Assembly (NCBI GenBank): GCA_963751455.1
Contig: CAVVUN010000015.1
Coordinates: forward strand, 320,001 to 384,000
DNA: 64,000 nt
Source: Nitrospirota bacterium
GTDB lineage: Bacteria > Nitrospirota > UBA9217
Direction of reading: 5' to 3'
Numbering within the stretch: the stretch's first letter is position 1; each line of letters starts with the position of its first letter. This document shows positions 38,724-49,842 of this stretch, piece after piece. The notes beneath the pieces were generated by a model that was given only the letters and a program-made list of their open reading frames with translations, did not search any database and had not been told where the DNA came from. The translations under genes and the position numbers were made by a program.

Positions 38724-39671
38724 ATGAATTGTCCGAATTGCAGCACACAGAATGATGCGGATGCCGGCTATTGCAGCGAGTGCGGCAAGCTGCTTGCTCT
38801 CAAGCCGGAAATTGAAACTGGAAAGGCGAGGAAACCTTATCGCTTCATATTTTTTTTGATCCCGGTTATCTTCATTGCAGCGGGTTTTGGCTATTATAAA
38901 TATTATTTGCCGGATGGCGTTTCAGCCCTGGTTAACGGCCAGGAGATCAAACGATCCGAACTGGATGCGGCCGTTGCCCGTGTTCAAGCGGTATACGGCA
39001 CGAGTTCCGAAGGAGATCAAGCCGGACCGCAGGCGCGAAAACTTCGCTATCAGGTCCTGAACGGACTTATTTCCGAAAGGCTCATACTCCACGAGGCTGA
39101 CAAGGCGGGATTCGGTGTTTCACCCGAAGAGGTAGCAGCCGCAGCATCACTGGCCCAGAAAGCGTCCGGAATGGACCAGCATCTGTTTTCGGCCGAAGTG
39201 ATACGCCGGTACGGCAGCCTTCAGGCATTCGAAGAAGCAGTCAGGCGCGACCTCATCGTCGAGAAATTCATTTCAGAGAAAGTCCTTCCAAAGGGCGTCG
39301 ATGATCGAACGGCGCGAGCAGAGGTCGACCGCTGGGTAGAAAAACTCCGGGCGTCCTCGGCAGTGCGGGTTACCCTGTCGGAACAGTGGTCAGGAGCAGG
39401 GTGCGGATGCTGCGGGAAATCACGGGGAACTCCGGCGGCCGAACAGGGAGGGAAGCAGCAGGGTTCCGTCCTGGCCGGCGTTCCTCAATCAGCGGACGGT
39501 CAGAAAGCGGCAGATGCGGGTCTCAAGTATTGGCGTGAAAAGCATGGAGAAGAAGACGTTTCCGCCAGGGTAAGCGACTTCGGCTGTCATCTGCAGGTGG
39601 ATATTGTAAAAAAAGGGCAAACGATCGGCTCCCTTCGTTATCAGGGCGGCAATCTATCGGAGATGAGATAA
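38724..39671 (+). CDS. Zinc-ribbon, TM, SurA-N-like protein with Cys-rich C-terminal domain
   Basis: CPNC...CSECG; ALVNGQEIKRSEL; GCGCCG; DFGCH. Confidence 0.7.
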   Translation: MNCPNCSTQNDADAGYCSECGKLLALKPEIETGKARKPYRFIFFLIPVIFIAAGFGYYKYYLPDGVSALVNGQEIKRSELDAAVARVQAVYGTSSEGDQAGPQARKLRYQVLNGLISERLILHEADKAGFGVSPEEVAAAASLAQKASGMDQHLFSAEVIRRYGSLQAFEEAVRRDLIVEKFISEKVLPKGVDDRTARAEVDRWVEKLRASSAVRVTLSEQWSGAGCGCCGKSRGTPAAEQGGKQQGSVLAGVPQSADGQKAADAGLKYWREKHGEEDVSARVSDFGCHLQVDIVKKGQTIGSLRYQGGNLSEMR

Positions 39672-39682
39672 GGAGATAGACC

Positions 39683-40315
39683 ATGAACAAATGCGGCAAA
39701 TGCGGTGCTCAAATTACGAACAACTCAAAATATTGCAAGGCCTGCGGCTCTTCTATTTCGACGACAGGAGCAAGCCTTGATACGAAAAAGGCGCGCGTAC
39801 TGAACCGTGAAAGGCAATGGATAAAGCCTGTCATTATTTCGGTTGTCGTTGCTCTGGCCCTTACCGCGGGATGGATGTTTTCAGCGTCCAGGAAAACCGT
39901 CGCTCATCCGGTGTTTCAGCCTCAGAGGGAAGGAGCAGCAACGCTTACAAAAGCGGTGCCGGTAAAAGCTGCACGCGGAACAATACGCATCCCGGTTGCC
40001 GGCGTGGCTGACGGCAAAGCGCACTTTTTTTCGTACGAGGGCCAGGCAAAGACCATTCTCTTCTTTGCGATCCGCGCCGCTGACGGAAGCATCAGAACTG
40101 CCTTCGATGCCTGCGTTGCTTGCAATCATGCGAAGCTTGGCTACCGGGAGGAGGGCGAACTCGTGGTCTGCAACAATTGCGGCATGGGCTTCAAGCCGAC
40201 GGATATAGGCATTATGACCGGAGGTTGCAGCCCCATCGCCGTTGAAAAATCCCTGGACGGACAGATGATCGTTCTGAAGACGAAAGATCTGGAAACAGGC
40301 GCGATGTACTTCTAA
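39683..40315 (+). CDS. Zinc-ribbon DUF2318 (Fe-S membrane) protein
   Basis: AFDACVAC...GY...VCNNCG...GGCSP. Confidence 0.85.
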   Translation: MNKCGKCGAQITNNSKYCKACGSSISTTGASLDTKKARVLNRERQWIKPVIISVVVALALTAGWMFSASRKTVAHPVFQPQREGAATLTKAVPVKAARGTIRIPVAGVADGKAHFFSYEGQAKTILFFAIRAADGSIRTAFDACVACNHAKLGYREEGELVVCNNCGMGFKPTDIGIMTGGCSPIAVEKSLDGQMIVLKTKDLETGAMYF

Positions 40316-40391
40316 TTACGGCGTAATGCGGAATTAATAGATTGTGCTGTTCGAGCTTGCAGCCTAAAACTAATTATTAACAGGTAACCTT

Positions 40392-41555
40392 ATGAAACTG
40401 ATAGATATATCACTGAACAACCTTCTTCGGAAAAAAGGCCGGACCTTTTTTCTCGTGTCCGGTTTGGCGATGGGAATCGGGGCAGCCGTTGCAATGACGG
40501 CTGTCGGCGACGCAATGAACCGCGAAGTGATGCACTCGCTCGATGAATTCGGGGCGAACATCCTTGTGCTGCCCGCTTCCGAGGGGCTTCCGCTGTCCTA
40601 CGGCGGCATCACCGTGTCCGCGGTGAGCGCCGGCGGCCGTGAACTGACAACCGATGATGTCGAAAAAATACGCACCATCAGGAATAAAGAGAACATCAGT
40701 ACGATTGCTCCGAAACTGCTCGTGCAGACTGAGGTCAAAGGAACAAAGGTTCTGATTGCGGGAGTCAACTTCAAAGCAGAGCAGCGTCTCAAGAAGTGGT
40801 GGCGGGTTGCAGCCGGAATGAACCCCCAGAATGAGGGAGATGCCCTGATAGGCAAGGACGCGGCCGCCCGGCTCCATCTGGCGCCCGGCGACAGCATTGT
40901 GCTCGGCGGGAAAAGTGTCCGCGTGTCAGGCGTACTGGACAATACGGGGTCCCAGGATGACGGATTGATTTTTGCTGACATTAACCTCGTACAGACAAAT
41001 TTTAACAAGGGCAATGATGTCAGTCTTATCGAGCTGTCGGCCCTCTGCAGCGGCTGCCCGATCGGGGACATCGTGGCGCAGGTGAACTCGGTGCTGCCCG
41101 GCGCACGCGCCGTGGCAGTCAAAGAAACGGTGGAGCTGAAAATGCAGGCAATGCATTACTTCCACAAATTCTCCCTTGGTATCTCCGCCCTCCTGCTCAT
41201 TGTGGCCGGCATGATCATCTTTTTTGCCATGACCGCGTCCGTGAAGGAGCGCGTGCAGGAAATCGGACTGTTTCGGGCGATCGGGTTCCGCACGGGTCAT
41301 ATCATCCAGGTGCTGCTCACCGAGGCCTTCATCGTCAGCCTGATTGCGGGTATTGCGGGGTATGTCGCGGGCATCATCGGTTCGCGTCTTGTGGCGCCAT
41401 ACCTGATGAGCGCCTACAACCTTACGTTCGAATTCGATCCCGCGCTCATGGTGAGAGCATTAGCGGCCTCGGTGCTTGTCGGTCTTGCGGCAAGCATTTT
41501 CCCGGCCGTACGCGCCGGCCGGCTGGACCCGGTAGAGGCGCTGAAGACGCTCTAA
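40392..41555 (+). CDS. ABC permease (MacB/FtsX family)
   Basis: SVKERVQEIGLFRAIG; LDPVEALK; periplasmic CSGC. Confidence 0.9.
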   Translation: MKLIDISLNNLLRKKGRTFFLVSGLAMGIGAAVAMTAVGDAMNREVMHSLDEFGANILVLPASEGLPLSYGGITVSAVSAGGRELTTDDVEKIRTIRNKENISTIAPKLLVQTEVKGTKVLIAGVNFKAEQRLKKWWRVAAGMNPQNEGDALIGKDAAARLHLAPGDSIVLGGKSVRVSGVLDNTGSQDDGLIFADINLVQTNFNKGNDVSLIELSALCSGCPIGDIVAQVNSVLPGARAVAVKETVELKMQAMHYFHKFSLGISALLLIVAGMIIFFAMTASVKERVQEIGLFRAIGFRTGHIIQVLLTEAFIVSLIAGIAGYVAGIIGSRLVAPYLMSAYNLTFEFDPALMVRALAASVLVGLAASIFPAVRAGRLDPVEALKTL

Positions 41556-41643
41556 GCGCATAGAGCAGAGCGCATAGCGCAAAGCGAAAGAGCAAAGCGC
41601 AAAAAAGCAGAAACGCTATGCGCCATGCCCCATGCGCTATGCG
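41556..41643. repeat. Inverted arrays of AGCGCAT/AGAGCAA-type heptamers
   Basis: GCGCATAGAGCAGAGCGCATAGCG...CGCTATGCGCCATGCCCCATGCGCTATGCG. Confidence 0.7.
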
Positions 41644-41659
41644 AATTTCAGGAGTTAAC

Positions 41660-42328
41660 ATGGCTTTCATTGAACTGAAAAACGTGAGTAAAATATTCCA
41701 TGCGGGCGACGAAGATTATGCCGCCCTCAGGGCAATTTCGCTTAGCATCAACTCGGGTGAGTTTGTCGCGGTGATGGGGCCGTCCGGCTCGGGCAAAAGC
41801 ACACTGCTTTCTCTTATCGGGGGTCTAAGCAAAGCGTCCTCCGGCGTGGTTTCCATCGACGACATCGAGCTCAACAGTCTTGGTCCGAACAAGCTCTCCG
41901 ACTTCAGGCGGGAATATCTCGGGTTCGTGTTCCAGTCGTTCTATCTTGTGCCGTATCTGACCGCGCTCGAAAATGTAATGCTCCCGCTCACGATCCAGCC
42001 CGGCTTGAACGGAACGGCCAGAGCAAAGGCACTTGAGGCCCTGTCGCGCGTGGGTCTCGATGCCAAGGCAAAGCGCCTGCCGTCGCAGCTCTCGGGCGGC
42101 GAACAGGAGCGTGTGGCAATTTCACGCGCGATCGTCAACAGCCCGGCGCTTATTCTTGCGGACGAGCCTACGGGAAATCTGGACACGAAGACCGGGGAAA
42201 AGGTGCTCGAACTGCTGGAGGGGCTGCATGCGGAAGGCCGGACCATCGTAATGGTGACCCACAGCAGGGAGAACGCCGGACGGGCGGGAAGGACCATCGA
42301 GATCCGGGACGGTGTGGTTGTACAATAA
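41660..42328 (+). CDS. ABC ATPase (LolD/MacB-like)
   Basis: GPSGSGKST, LSGGEQER, ADEPTGNLD. Confidence 0.95.
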   Translation: MAFIELKNVSKIFHAGDEDYAALRAISLSINSGEFVAVMGPSGSGKSTLLSLIGGLSKASSGVVSIDDIELNSLGPNKLSDFRREYLGFVFQSFYLVPYLTALENVMLPLTIQPGLNGTARAKALEALSRVGLDAKAKRLPSQLSGGEQERVAISRAIVNSPALILADEPTGNLDTKTGEKVLELLEGLHAEGRTIVMVTHSRENAGRAGRTIEIRDGVVVQ

Positions 42329-42422
42329 GTGTTGCAGGATGGTTCAATTGCAGATTGCACCCTGCACTCGCGGGTCCACTCGTAACAACTGGGTGCAGGC
42401 GGATTTCGGATTGCCGAATTCT

Positions 42423-43070
42423 TTAAAATTCAAACAGGAACCCTGCGAGCCAGCTTGTGCCGCCCAGCTCCACGGTGCCTGACGGCAGGGCGTCCGCAGC
42501 TGCCTTGATGCGCTCGGCTTCAATAAAAAGGTAAGTATGCTCTACTCCCCAGTCGAGATAGAAACTGGTTGCGGCGCTGGGGTCGATCTTGTCCAAGAGG
42601 AGTTGAAGGCCGGCCCGAGCATGGGTCCCGTCGGCTGAACCTCGGGTGACTCCCTGGTCCTGGATTTCTTGTTTATAGAACATTCTCGTCCAACCGCCTC
42701 CCACATACGGCACGAGCCATTGCCCTTCAGTGAATACGGCACGGATAAGAACAAATGCATTCAGCGGTGCAACTTCATGCGTGACATTCCCAGTAATTAC
42801 TCCATGGAGCGGGGCAAAGCCTTGCCCGCTGTCGCGGCTGAATGAACCTTCGACCCCGATCTCGAGTTGCCGTATGATCTTGTAACCGAGCGAGGCGCCG
42901 TAAATGCCGCTATATCTCTCTCCGTAGTATTTAGACCAATTCTCAATCTCCGGTATAAACCGGCCACCCTTAATTTCCAGCGACCAGTATGGCCGGGTCG
43001 TGACCTCCTCGGCCGCAAACGATGTACAAGGCAAGATTACAAGGAACATCATCAAAAACAATTTTTTCAA
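42423..43070 (-). CDS. Outer-membrane beta-barrel protein (MXAN_2562-like)
   Basis: Signal peptide; PYVGGG; C-terminal FEF; overlaps the CFI-box gene. Confidence 0.7.
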   Translation of the reverse strand: MKKLFLMMFLVILPCTSFAAEEVTTRPYWSLEIKGGRFIPEIENWSKYYGERYSGIYGASLGYKIIRQLEIGVEGSFSRDSGQGFAPLHGVITGNVTHEVAPLNAFVLIRAVFTEGQWLVPYVGGGWTRMFYKQEIQDQGVTRGSADGTHARAGLQLLLDKIDPSAATSFYLDWGVEHTYLFIEAERIKAAADALPSGTVELGGTSWLAGFLFEF

Positions 43071-44902
43071 CTCACGCCCCCGCTCCGGAAAAAGTATCTG
43101 CTGAACAGAAAATACATGAACAAGAGCCCTATGACTAGTATAACAATCATTTTTGCCTGTAAGGACGTGTGTACCATTAAAAACGCTCCGGCCACCAGGG
43201 GCATCAGCGCAATTTGCATCATTGGCCGCGACCAGGGATGATCGTTTATGAATTGAGCTCCCCTAGGCCCATGGCGATAGTACCATCCCACGAACATTCT
43301 TCCAGGCCCGTTCGTCAGGAGATAACGGTCCCTGAACTGCCGCAACGCTTGAACCTGGGGGGCCGAATAATAGCCGTATGCTGCAGTTGCGATGAAACAG
43401 CCATTATTCGCAAGTTGGGGATAGGGAGCTATGGCTTCGGGGAAATCGCTTACTGTGCCGGGGCTTCCGTACACTCTATCTTCCAGAGATGCCGAGGCTT
43501 CATTAGAGAAAGCTTGACTGATAAACGATTTATTAAAGCTGTAATAAGGTTTGACAGCAAAATAATAGGTCGACTGAGTATATGGAGTTACGATGAAATG
43601 ATAGCTAGTTCCATTAGCAAGACCATCTATGAACCGGGACGTGGAATTGCCGACGTCGATGTTGACCGTGCTAGATGGCGGTGTTGTCGGAGGTGCCGTT
43701 ACCGGCAAACTAGTATCATACCGAATCTCAAATCCGGTGATGCTGCCAGTCACCCGGCTTGTGAGATCCGTTGCCCAGTCAAGAGTGAGCGCTCCATTAG
43801 AAACAGTGGATGAAACCGCAGGACTGCCCGTCGGAGCTGATGACACTGATGAAACCAAGTTTGGTATGGTATGCGTTGCGGCGGTACTCATGGTGTCTAT
43901 GGGAGTGCCATATTGACCGGATACGGTTCCAAAATAGACAAAATATCCGCCTACCATGTAGGATGTGTTTGGAGACCAGGTTACGGTAACGGAAGCTGGT
44001 GATGAGCCAGTCACTGAAGTTACGACTAAGCCGGATACTGGGAAGGGAATTTTATCCGCTTCTCCTCCGCCGTAGGCGCCAATGTCTGCGGCAGTAGCAT
44101 CTATACTGTCGGTTCCGTCACCTTTGTCTTTAGCCGGCGATCCGCTTTTTAAGTGGAAGTCTCTGGCAGTTGGATTAACGAATAAAGGGTCACTATTTAC
44201 AATGTTTCCTTTATATGCAGGATCAGTTAAGTTCTCTATAACGGCAGGGCCAATAGTGCCTCCAAAGAAAAGATTATTCTTTATAGCATTCAGATCCATG
44301 GTGCTCGGAGTTATAGCAGTACCGCCGCTGTTCTGATAAAAGATATTATTTGTAATGTTTATAGCGGTTGTATCCGAAACAATTCCATTGAGATTCCCAT
44401 AAAAAGTATTATTGGTGATTTCTGTTGAGGGTGAACCAGTGGTCTCAACTCCCGAACTGCTCTCACCAGCCTGAAAAACGTTATTGCTAATGGTTACAGA
44501 GGAAGAAGTGTTACGCACTAAAATTCCAGCGCCTGTCGCTGATGCCTGTATAAAAGTAAGTCTCCGTATGTCCATCGCTGTTGTAATGTTTTCTACTGTC
44601 AGGATTGTTCCTGTCCCACCACCGTCCAGAAAAGTTCTGGCAGTCTCGATACCACGTATTGAAACACTTTTATTTAAAGTGACATTGCCTGTGGCGTAAG
44701 TACCCGGCCCTATTTCTAAGGAATCTCCCGCAACTGCATTGGTTATTGCTTCAGAAAAACTGGTATAGCAGGGTGGTGTGGGTATGCCGGCGGGGCATTC
44801 ACCTGTGTTGCTGACAAGGTGCCTTACTTCTGCTATTGATGCTTTCAAACCGGCAAGGACCATGATTCCTGCAACAGAAATAATAATGAGAAAATTCTTC
44901 AT
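43067..44902 (-). CDS. Secreted beta-helix plus FN3 protein with CFI-box-CTERM domain
   Basis: DPLFV...DFHL...SPA; DIGAYGG; [10 protein letters not shown]...LRQFRDRYL...FVGWYY; C-terminal TM. Confidence 0.85.
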   Translation of the reverse strand: MKNFLIIISVAGIMVLAGLKASIAEVRHLVSNTGECPAGIPTPPCYTSFSEAITNAVAGDSLEIGPGTYATGNVTLNKSVSIRGIETARTFLDGGGTGTILTVENITTAMDIRRLTFIQASATGAGILVRNTSSSVTISNNVFQAGESSSGVETTGSPSTEITNNTFYGNLNGIVSDTTAINITNNIFYQNSGGTAITPSTMDLNAIKNNLFFGGTIGPAVIENLTDPAYKGNIVNSDPLFVNPTARDFHLKSGSPAKDKGDGTDSIDATAADIGAYGGGEADKIPFPVSGLVVTSVTGSSPASVTVTWSPNTSYMVGGYFVYFGTVSGQYGTPIDTMSTAATHTIPNLVSSVSSAPTGSPAVSSTVSNGALTLDWATDLTSRVTGSITGFEIRYDTSLPVTAPPTTPPSSTVNIDVGNSTSRFIDGLANGTSYHFIVTPYTQSTYYFAVKPYYSFNKSFISQAFSNEASASLEDRVYGSPGTVSDFPEAIAPYPQLANNGCFIATAAYGYYSAPQVQALRQFRDRYLLTNGPGRMFVGWYYRHGPRGAQFINDHPWSRPMMQIALMPLVAGAFLMVHTSLQAKMIVILVIGLLFMYFLFSRYFFRSGGVS

Positions 44903-45055
44903 TCGCTTTTGAGCCTCTCCTAGTGATGAAAAACTTTATCAGAATGTAAAGCGAATGTCAAAACAGATTATTGAACGAAAAAGTATTGTTGAGTTTGGTT
45001 TTTTTATGTTATAATTGTACAGCTTTAGACTTAGAATGCAGTTGGAGGAATTTCC

Positions 45056-48000
45056 ATGCCACCGGTTTTTCAATCAGCCTTTCTCGTATTTTTTCTCATC
45101 CTTTTCGTACCAATACAGTCCTTCGGGTACCTGCAAATAGAATTTCTGCGCGAAATCAGCGATGTCGGTAAAAAAGCAGCTCAGCGCCGGCTCAATGAAC
45201 CCCGCGCAATAGCCTTGGACGCAGCAGGTAAAATGTACATTGCCGATACGGCCGCAAACAGGGTCATCGTGCTCGAGCAGGACGGCACGATGCTGCGGAC
45301 ATGGGGTACAAAAGGAGATAAACCGGGACAGTTCAGGTCTCCGTCCGGTATCGCGGTCGACGAGGATGCGTACATATATGTATCCGACACAAAGAACCAT
45401 CGCATCCAGGTTTTTAACGCCGGCGGCGCCTTTGTCCGCAACTTCGGTCAAAAAGGGGATGGCGATCGTGAATTCAGCAGCCCGGCAGGCATAGCGGTTC
45501 GGCGGGGACTTCTGTACGTGGCCGATACAGGGAACAACCGGGTCCAGATTCTGACAACCGATGGAATTTTCGTGAGGGAAATTACCGTGAGCGGGGAAAA
45601 GGATGCCATGAACGCCCCAACGGCTGTCGCAATCGATACGCAGAACAGAATCTACGTACTCGATACGGACAATAACAAGATCAGAATATTCGACTCCAAC
45701 GGTGCGCAGCTTCTCCAGTTCGGGTCGGGTGGGAGAGGCGCCGAGGGATTCGATTCTCCCCTCGGAATGGCAGTGGACGGTTACGGCGCGGTCTATGTTT
45801 CGGATACCGGAAATTATAAATTGAAAAAATTCGATCAGCACGGCAAGCTGGTCGCGTCAGCGGGCTCCGAAGGCGATGGACCGGGCCGCTTCCGTCAGTT
45901 GTTCGGATTGGCCGTGGACGCCGAGAACAAGCTCTATGTGCTCGATGCCGGGAGAAATGCTCTGCAGGTATTCTCCTGCGAGTGCGAAGGCCAGCCGCTG
46001 CAGCCCGCATCCCCGCCTGCCTCACTGTCCCTGAATAAGGAGGTCCGCGGCGAAGTGAACGGCATCGCCTTCGATAAGCGGGCATGGGCCCTTGTAAACG
46101 ATACAATCTCCGCTGTCGGCGTTTACGGCGGCCGAACTATCGGCTCGCGCGGAAGCGAGCCCGGTCTTTTAAAAAATCCACGCGGCCTGGCCTTTGACGA
46201 TTCCGGCAGATTCTGGGTCGCGGACACCGGCAACGACCGTCTGCAGAAGTTCAGCATCGAAGGGAACCTTCTCCAGGTGATCGGAAGGTCCGGGTCGGGC
46301 GAAGGGGAATTCCGCTCTCCTTCTTCCGTAGCAATCAGCACGAAAGGAAACATTTTCGTGGCGGATACCGGAAATAAACGGGTGCAGGTCTTCAGCGGTA
46401 AAGGCATGTTTCTCGGGGCCTTCGGCAAGTCGGGTAAAACTTCACAGCTCCAGGAGCCCGTGGATTTAGCGGTTACCGGTGATGAAAACGTGTATGTCGT
46501 GGACCGAGCGACCGACAGGGTCGCCAAATATGACGGCAACGGCACGCTTGTCTGGGAAATCAAAAAGACCGGCAAACTTGAAGGTGAATTCAACGGCCCG
46601 ACGAACATTTCGGTGTCGCCTGAAGGCGAGCTCTATGTGCTTGACGCGGGCAATTCCCGCATACAGGTTTTTGATACGAACGGTCAATTCCTGCGTAAAT
46701 TCGGGAGCGAGGGAGAAGGTCCCGGGCAGTTCAAAGAGCCGCAGGGACTCGCCCTTGACGGAGGGCTCAGGCTTTATGTAGGAGACCGGGGCAATAGCAG
46801 GGTCCAGATTTTTACGCTGCGGCAGACACCCGCGATGCCGAAGGAAGTGACCGCCCAGTCCAGATCCAATGAGGTGCAACTGAACTGGAAGGGAAACGGC
46901 GAAAGCTATCTCGAGCAGTACACCGTCTACCGCAGTGATGCGGCAACCGGGCCGTTCAAGGTTGTCGGGACTGCAGCCGAGCCATTCTTTGTAGACAAAG
47001 GACTGGCGAGTAACCGTGCATTTTATTACGCGATCAGCAGCAAGGCGAAAGAGGGTAACGAAAGCGTCCCGTCTCCGGTGCTTTCTGCCGTGACGCCGAA
47101 ACTTATCCCATCCGTTCCAAAGAAGGTCAAGATAGAGGCGCTCGAAAAACAGATCACGCTTTCCTGGCTTCCTAATCTCGAGCCGTTCATGAACCATTAC
47201 GCTGTGTATCGTTCGAAGCAACCTTCCTCCGGCTTCGAGCTGCTTGGCAAGGCAGACAGGACCGTGTACGTTGACACAGGGCTTGCCGACGAAACCTTCT
47301 ATTATTATCAAATAACGGCCGTCGGCAAGGAAGGCGATGAAAGCCCGACGAGCGAGGTTGTTTTTATTTCTACGCCGAAGGGTTCTCTGTCGCTTCCGCC
47401 CATTGAAATCAGCAAAGTCGAGATGGGGCAGCTCTTCTCCTCGGCTTATAAATATTACGAATCACATCCGCTGGGCAAGGTCATCATCTCCAACAATACG
47501 GATATCGCCTATCCGAAGGTTAAGCTCAGCTTCTCGATAAAAGATTTCATGGACTTTCCGACCGAGCTCGAGATAGAGAACCTTCCGGCGAAGCAGCAGC
47601 GGGAACTGTTGCTCAAGCCGGTATTCAACAACAAGATCCTTGAGGTGACCGAAAATACGCCGCTGCAGAGCGAGATCGCGATCACCTTCTACGCCGGAGG
47701 CGAGCCCAAGACGGTTGCGCGCACCTTTCCTGTAATGCTCTACGAACGTCACGCAATGGTTTGGGACGTGAAGGCGAAGCTCGGCGCATTTGTAACGGCG
47801 AAGGACACGCCGGTCGTGGACTTCAGCAGGTCGGCCATCCGGCCCTATGTCGATGCCTATCCCAATCTTCACCAATCCATAATTTACGCCCGCGTGGTAT
47901 TTGACGCCCTCGGCGTGCTCGGACTGAAATATATCATCGATCCGTCCAGTCCGTTCCAGGACTTTTCCGAGAACAGCGCCGTGGTCGACTACGTCCAGTA

Positions 48001-48853
48001 CCCGCGCGACACGCTTACAAGGAAGAGCGGGGACTGCGACGACCTCTCGATCCTGTTTGCCGCATGCATGGAGAATATCGGAATTGAAACGGCGTTCATT
48101 GACGTCCCCGGTCATGTATTCATCATGTTTAATACGGGCATTTCCGAGAACGAGAAGGCGACGCTCGGCTTCCCCGACAAGCTCGTGTCATACCAGGGCA
48201 CTGCATGGGTTCCCGTGGAGATGACGATGGTCGGCTCGTCATTTACCCGGGCATGGCAGAAAGCCGCCGAAGAATACCGGGAATGGTCCGCCAAGGGCAA
48301 GGCGGACATCGTCAGTACCGAAAAGGCCTGGGAACTTTTCAAGCCCGCCACACTGCCGCATACCGAGCAAAGATCGCCCAAGGTCTCCAAAGAAGAGATC
48401 GAAGCTAAATTCAAGGACGAGCTCGAATCACTCGGACGGCAGCGGCTTGCCAATCTTTCAACGGAATATCTGGATGCGTTGAAGAAAAAGCCCAACGACA
48501 CGAACGCCATGGACCAGCTCGGAATTCTCTACGGCGAAAACGGGCTTCTTGCAGAAGCGCTCGAGCAATTTCAAAAGATCCTGGCAGTGGACAAGAACAA
48601 CGCGCAGGCCCTCAACAATATCGGGAATATAAACTTTTTGCAGGAACGGCTGGAAGACGCAAAACTCGCGTATGAAGGTTCGCTGAAAGCGTCCCCGGAC
48701 GATACCGGCGTCATGGTAAACCTGGCACGGGTGCTGCTGAGGATGGGCAAGAAGAGTGAATCTAAAACGCTGTTCGAGAACGCAATTTCGGCAGACCCCC
48801 GTATTATCAGGCAGCATGGGGATATGTCGACTGCGCTGGGGATTGCCAAGTAA
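45056..48853 (+). CDS. Secreted NHL-repeat (two propellers), FN3, transglutaminase-like, TPR protein
   Basis: Repeated F..P.GIAVD...YVADTGNNRVQ; FN3 repeats; GDCDD...GHVF; C-terminal TPRs. Confidence 0.85.
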   Translation: MPPVFQSAFLVFFLILFVPIQSFGYLQIEFLREISDVGKKAAQRRLNEPRAIALDAAGKMYIADTAANRVIVLEQDGTMLRTWGTKGDKPGQFRSPSGIAVDEDAYIYVSDTKNHRIQVFNAGGAFVRNFGQKGDGDREFSSPAGIAVRRGLLYVADTGNNRVQILTTDGIFVREITVSGEKDAMNAPTAVAIDTQNRIYVLDTDNNKIRIFDSNGAQLLQFGSGGRGAEGFDSPLGMAVDGYGAVYVSDTGNYKLKKFDQHGKLVASAGSEGDGPGRFRQLFGLAVDAENKLYVLDAGRNALQVFSCECEGQPLQPASPPASLSLNKEVRGEVNGIAFDKRAWALVNDTISAVGVYGGRTIGSRGSEPGLLKNPRGLAFDDSGRFWVADTGNDRLQKFSIEGNLLQVIGRSGSGEGEFRSPSSVAISTKGNIFVADTGNKRVQVFSGKGMFLGAFGKSGKTSQLQEPVDLAVTGDENVYVVDRATDRVAKYDGNGTLVWEIKKTGKLEGEFNGPTNISVSPEGELYVLDAGNSRIQVFDTNGQFLRKFGSEGEGPGQFKEPQGLALDGGLRLYVGDRGNSRVQIFTLRQTPAMPKEVTAQSRSNEVQLNWKGNGESYLEQYTVYRSDAATGPFKVVGTAAEPFFVDKGLASNRAFYYAISSKAKEGNESVPSPVLSAVTPKLIPSVPKKVKIEALEKQITLSWLPNLEPFMNHYAVYRSKQPSSGFELLGKADRTVYVDTGLADETFYYYQITAVGKEGDESPTSEVVFISTPKGSLSLPPIEISKVEMGQLFSSAYKYYESHPLGKVIISNNTDIAYPKVKLSFSIKDFMDFPTELEIENLPAKQQRELLLKPVFNNKILEVTENTPLQSEIAITFYAGGEPKTVARTFPVMLYERHAMVWDVKAKLGAFVTAKDTPVVDFSRSAIRPYVDAYPNLHQSIIYARVVFDALGVLGLKYIIDPSSPFQDFSENSAVVDYVQYPRDTLTRKSGDCDDLSILFAACMENIGIETAFIDVPGHVFIMFNTGISENEKATLGFPDKLVSYQGTAWVPVEMTMVGSSFTRAWQKAAEEYREWSAKGKADIVSTEKAWELFKPATLPHTEQRSPKVSKEEIEAKFKDELESLGRQRLANLSTEYLDALKKKPNDTNAMDQLGILYGENGLLAEALEQFQKILAVDKNNAQALNNIGNINFLQERLEDAKLAYEGSLKASPDDTGVMVNLARVLLRMGKKSESKTLFENAISADPRIIRQHGDMSTALGIAK

Positions 48854-48978
48854 GCCCTGTTCGCGGCATTCTCTAACTATGCTGCAGTAGGGACGGGATT
48901 TTTCAGCATCTTGAATCATGTACCTGGTATGGGAGGTTGTCATGAAAAAATATCGTTTTTTACAGTGATGATGATGGT

Positions 48979-49431
48979 ATGTTTAGCGCTGCCGTGGCCG
49001 GGGAGACCGACAAAAAACCGGCGTCCGGGATGACGGAATGGCTCAAAGGACTACAGAAAAAGATCGGGCAGATTGTCCCTAAAAAGACAGTTCCAGTGAC
49101 AACGAGCGTGGCCGGTGTTCGGGGCGCCAAGGAAGACACGCAGGTTAAGCTGTACTGGAAGGGGAAAAAAAGCGAAGAACTCGTGACCGAGCAGGAGATG
49201 GCTGAGTTCAAGAATGGTGTCGATCTTGCGGCTAACGGCGATACGGAGGCTTCGGTCAAGAAAATCGAGGAGTTCATGAAGCAGTATCCGGACAGCGCCA
49301 TGATTCCCGATGCCAAGAAGACGCTGGACCTCGTCAAGGCCGAGATAAAGCCGGAAGCGAAAGCGGATCTTATTAAAAAAGAGCAGGAAGAAAAGAAAGA
49401 AGAACCTAAAGATAAAGATGTAAAGAAATAG
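48979..49431 (+). CDS. Hypothetical TPR-like protein; true start probably 48942 (frameshifted)
   Basis: VAGVRG motif; FMKQYPDS TPR-like segment; GGAGG RBS precedes out-of-frame ATG 48942. Confidence 0.6.
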   Translation: MFSAAVAGETDKKPASGMTEWLKGLQKKIGQIVPKKTVPVTTSVAGVRGAKEDTQVKLYWKGKKSEELVTEQEMAEFKNGVDLAANGDTEASVKKIEEFMKQYPDSAMIPDAKKTLDLVKAEIKPEAKADLIKKEQEEKKEEPKDKDVKK

Positions 49432-49842
49432 CTGCGGCCGCAAATGGCCCGAGATACAAACGTCAAAATTTAGATGAAATTAAGCATTAACAGCGGGGGC
49501 ATATTTTGTACAGCGATTAAAGCTTTAAATATCGAATAGTTTTGGCAAATGTTCTGATTTTTCATGTTTCTACCGCAATTTTTACATGCACATCAGTTTG
49601 CAGCAATACCCTTAAAATACCCCATCGTAAACCTTGACTTTTTTTGATACTTATCTATGATTAACAATTGGCTTAACTGAGTTTGTTAAAGAATGCGCTC
49701 TATTGCAGAATTTATACTCCCGCCAGCCTTCAAGATTTACAGCAGGAGTCGACAACACACAAGTTAAAGCGAAAGGAGGTGAATTGGAGGCTCAAGGCTG
49801 ATTTATTTTTATCTACTTCAAAGACTAAAAAGGGAGGTTTCA

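Noticed and set aside
49690-49842. Riboswitch or ncRNA upstream of the surface lipoprotein
   Set aside because: No recognisable aptamer consensus by eye; would need a covariance-model search
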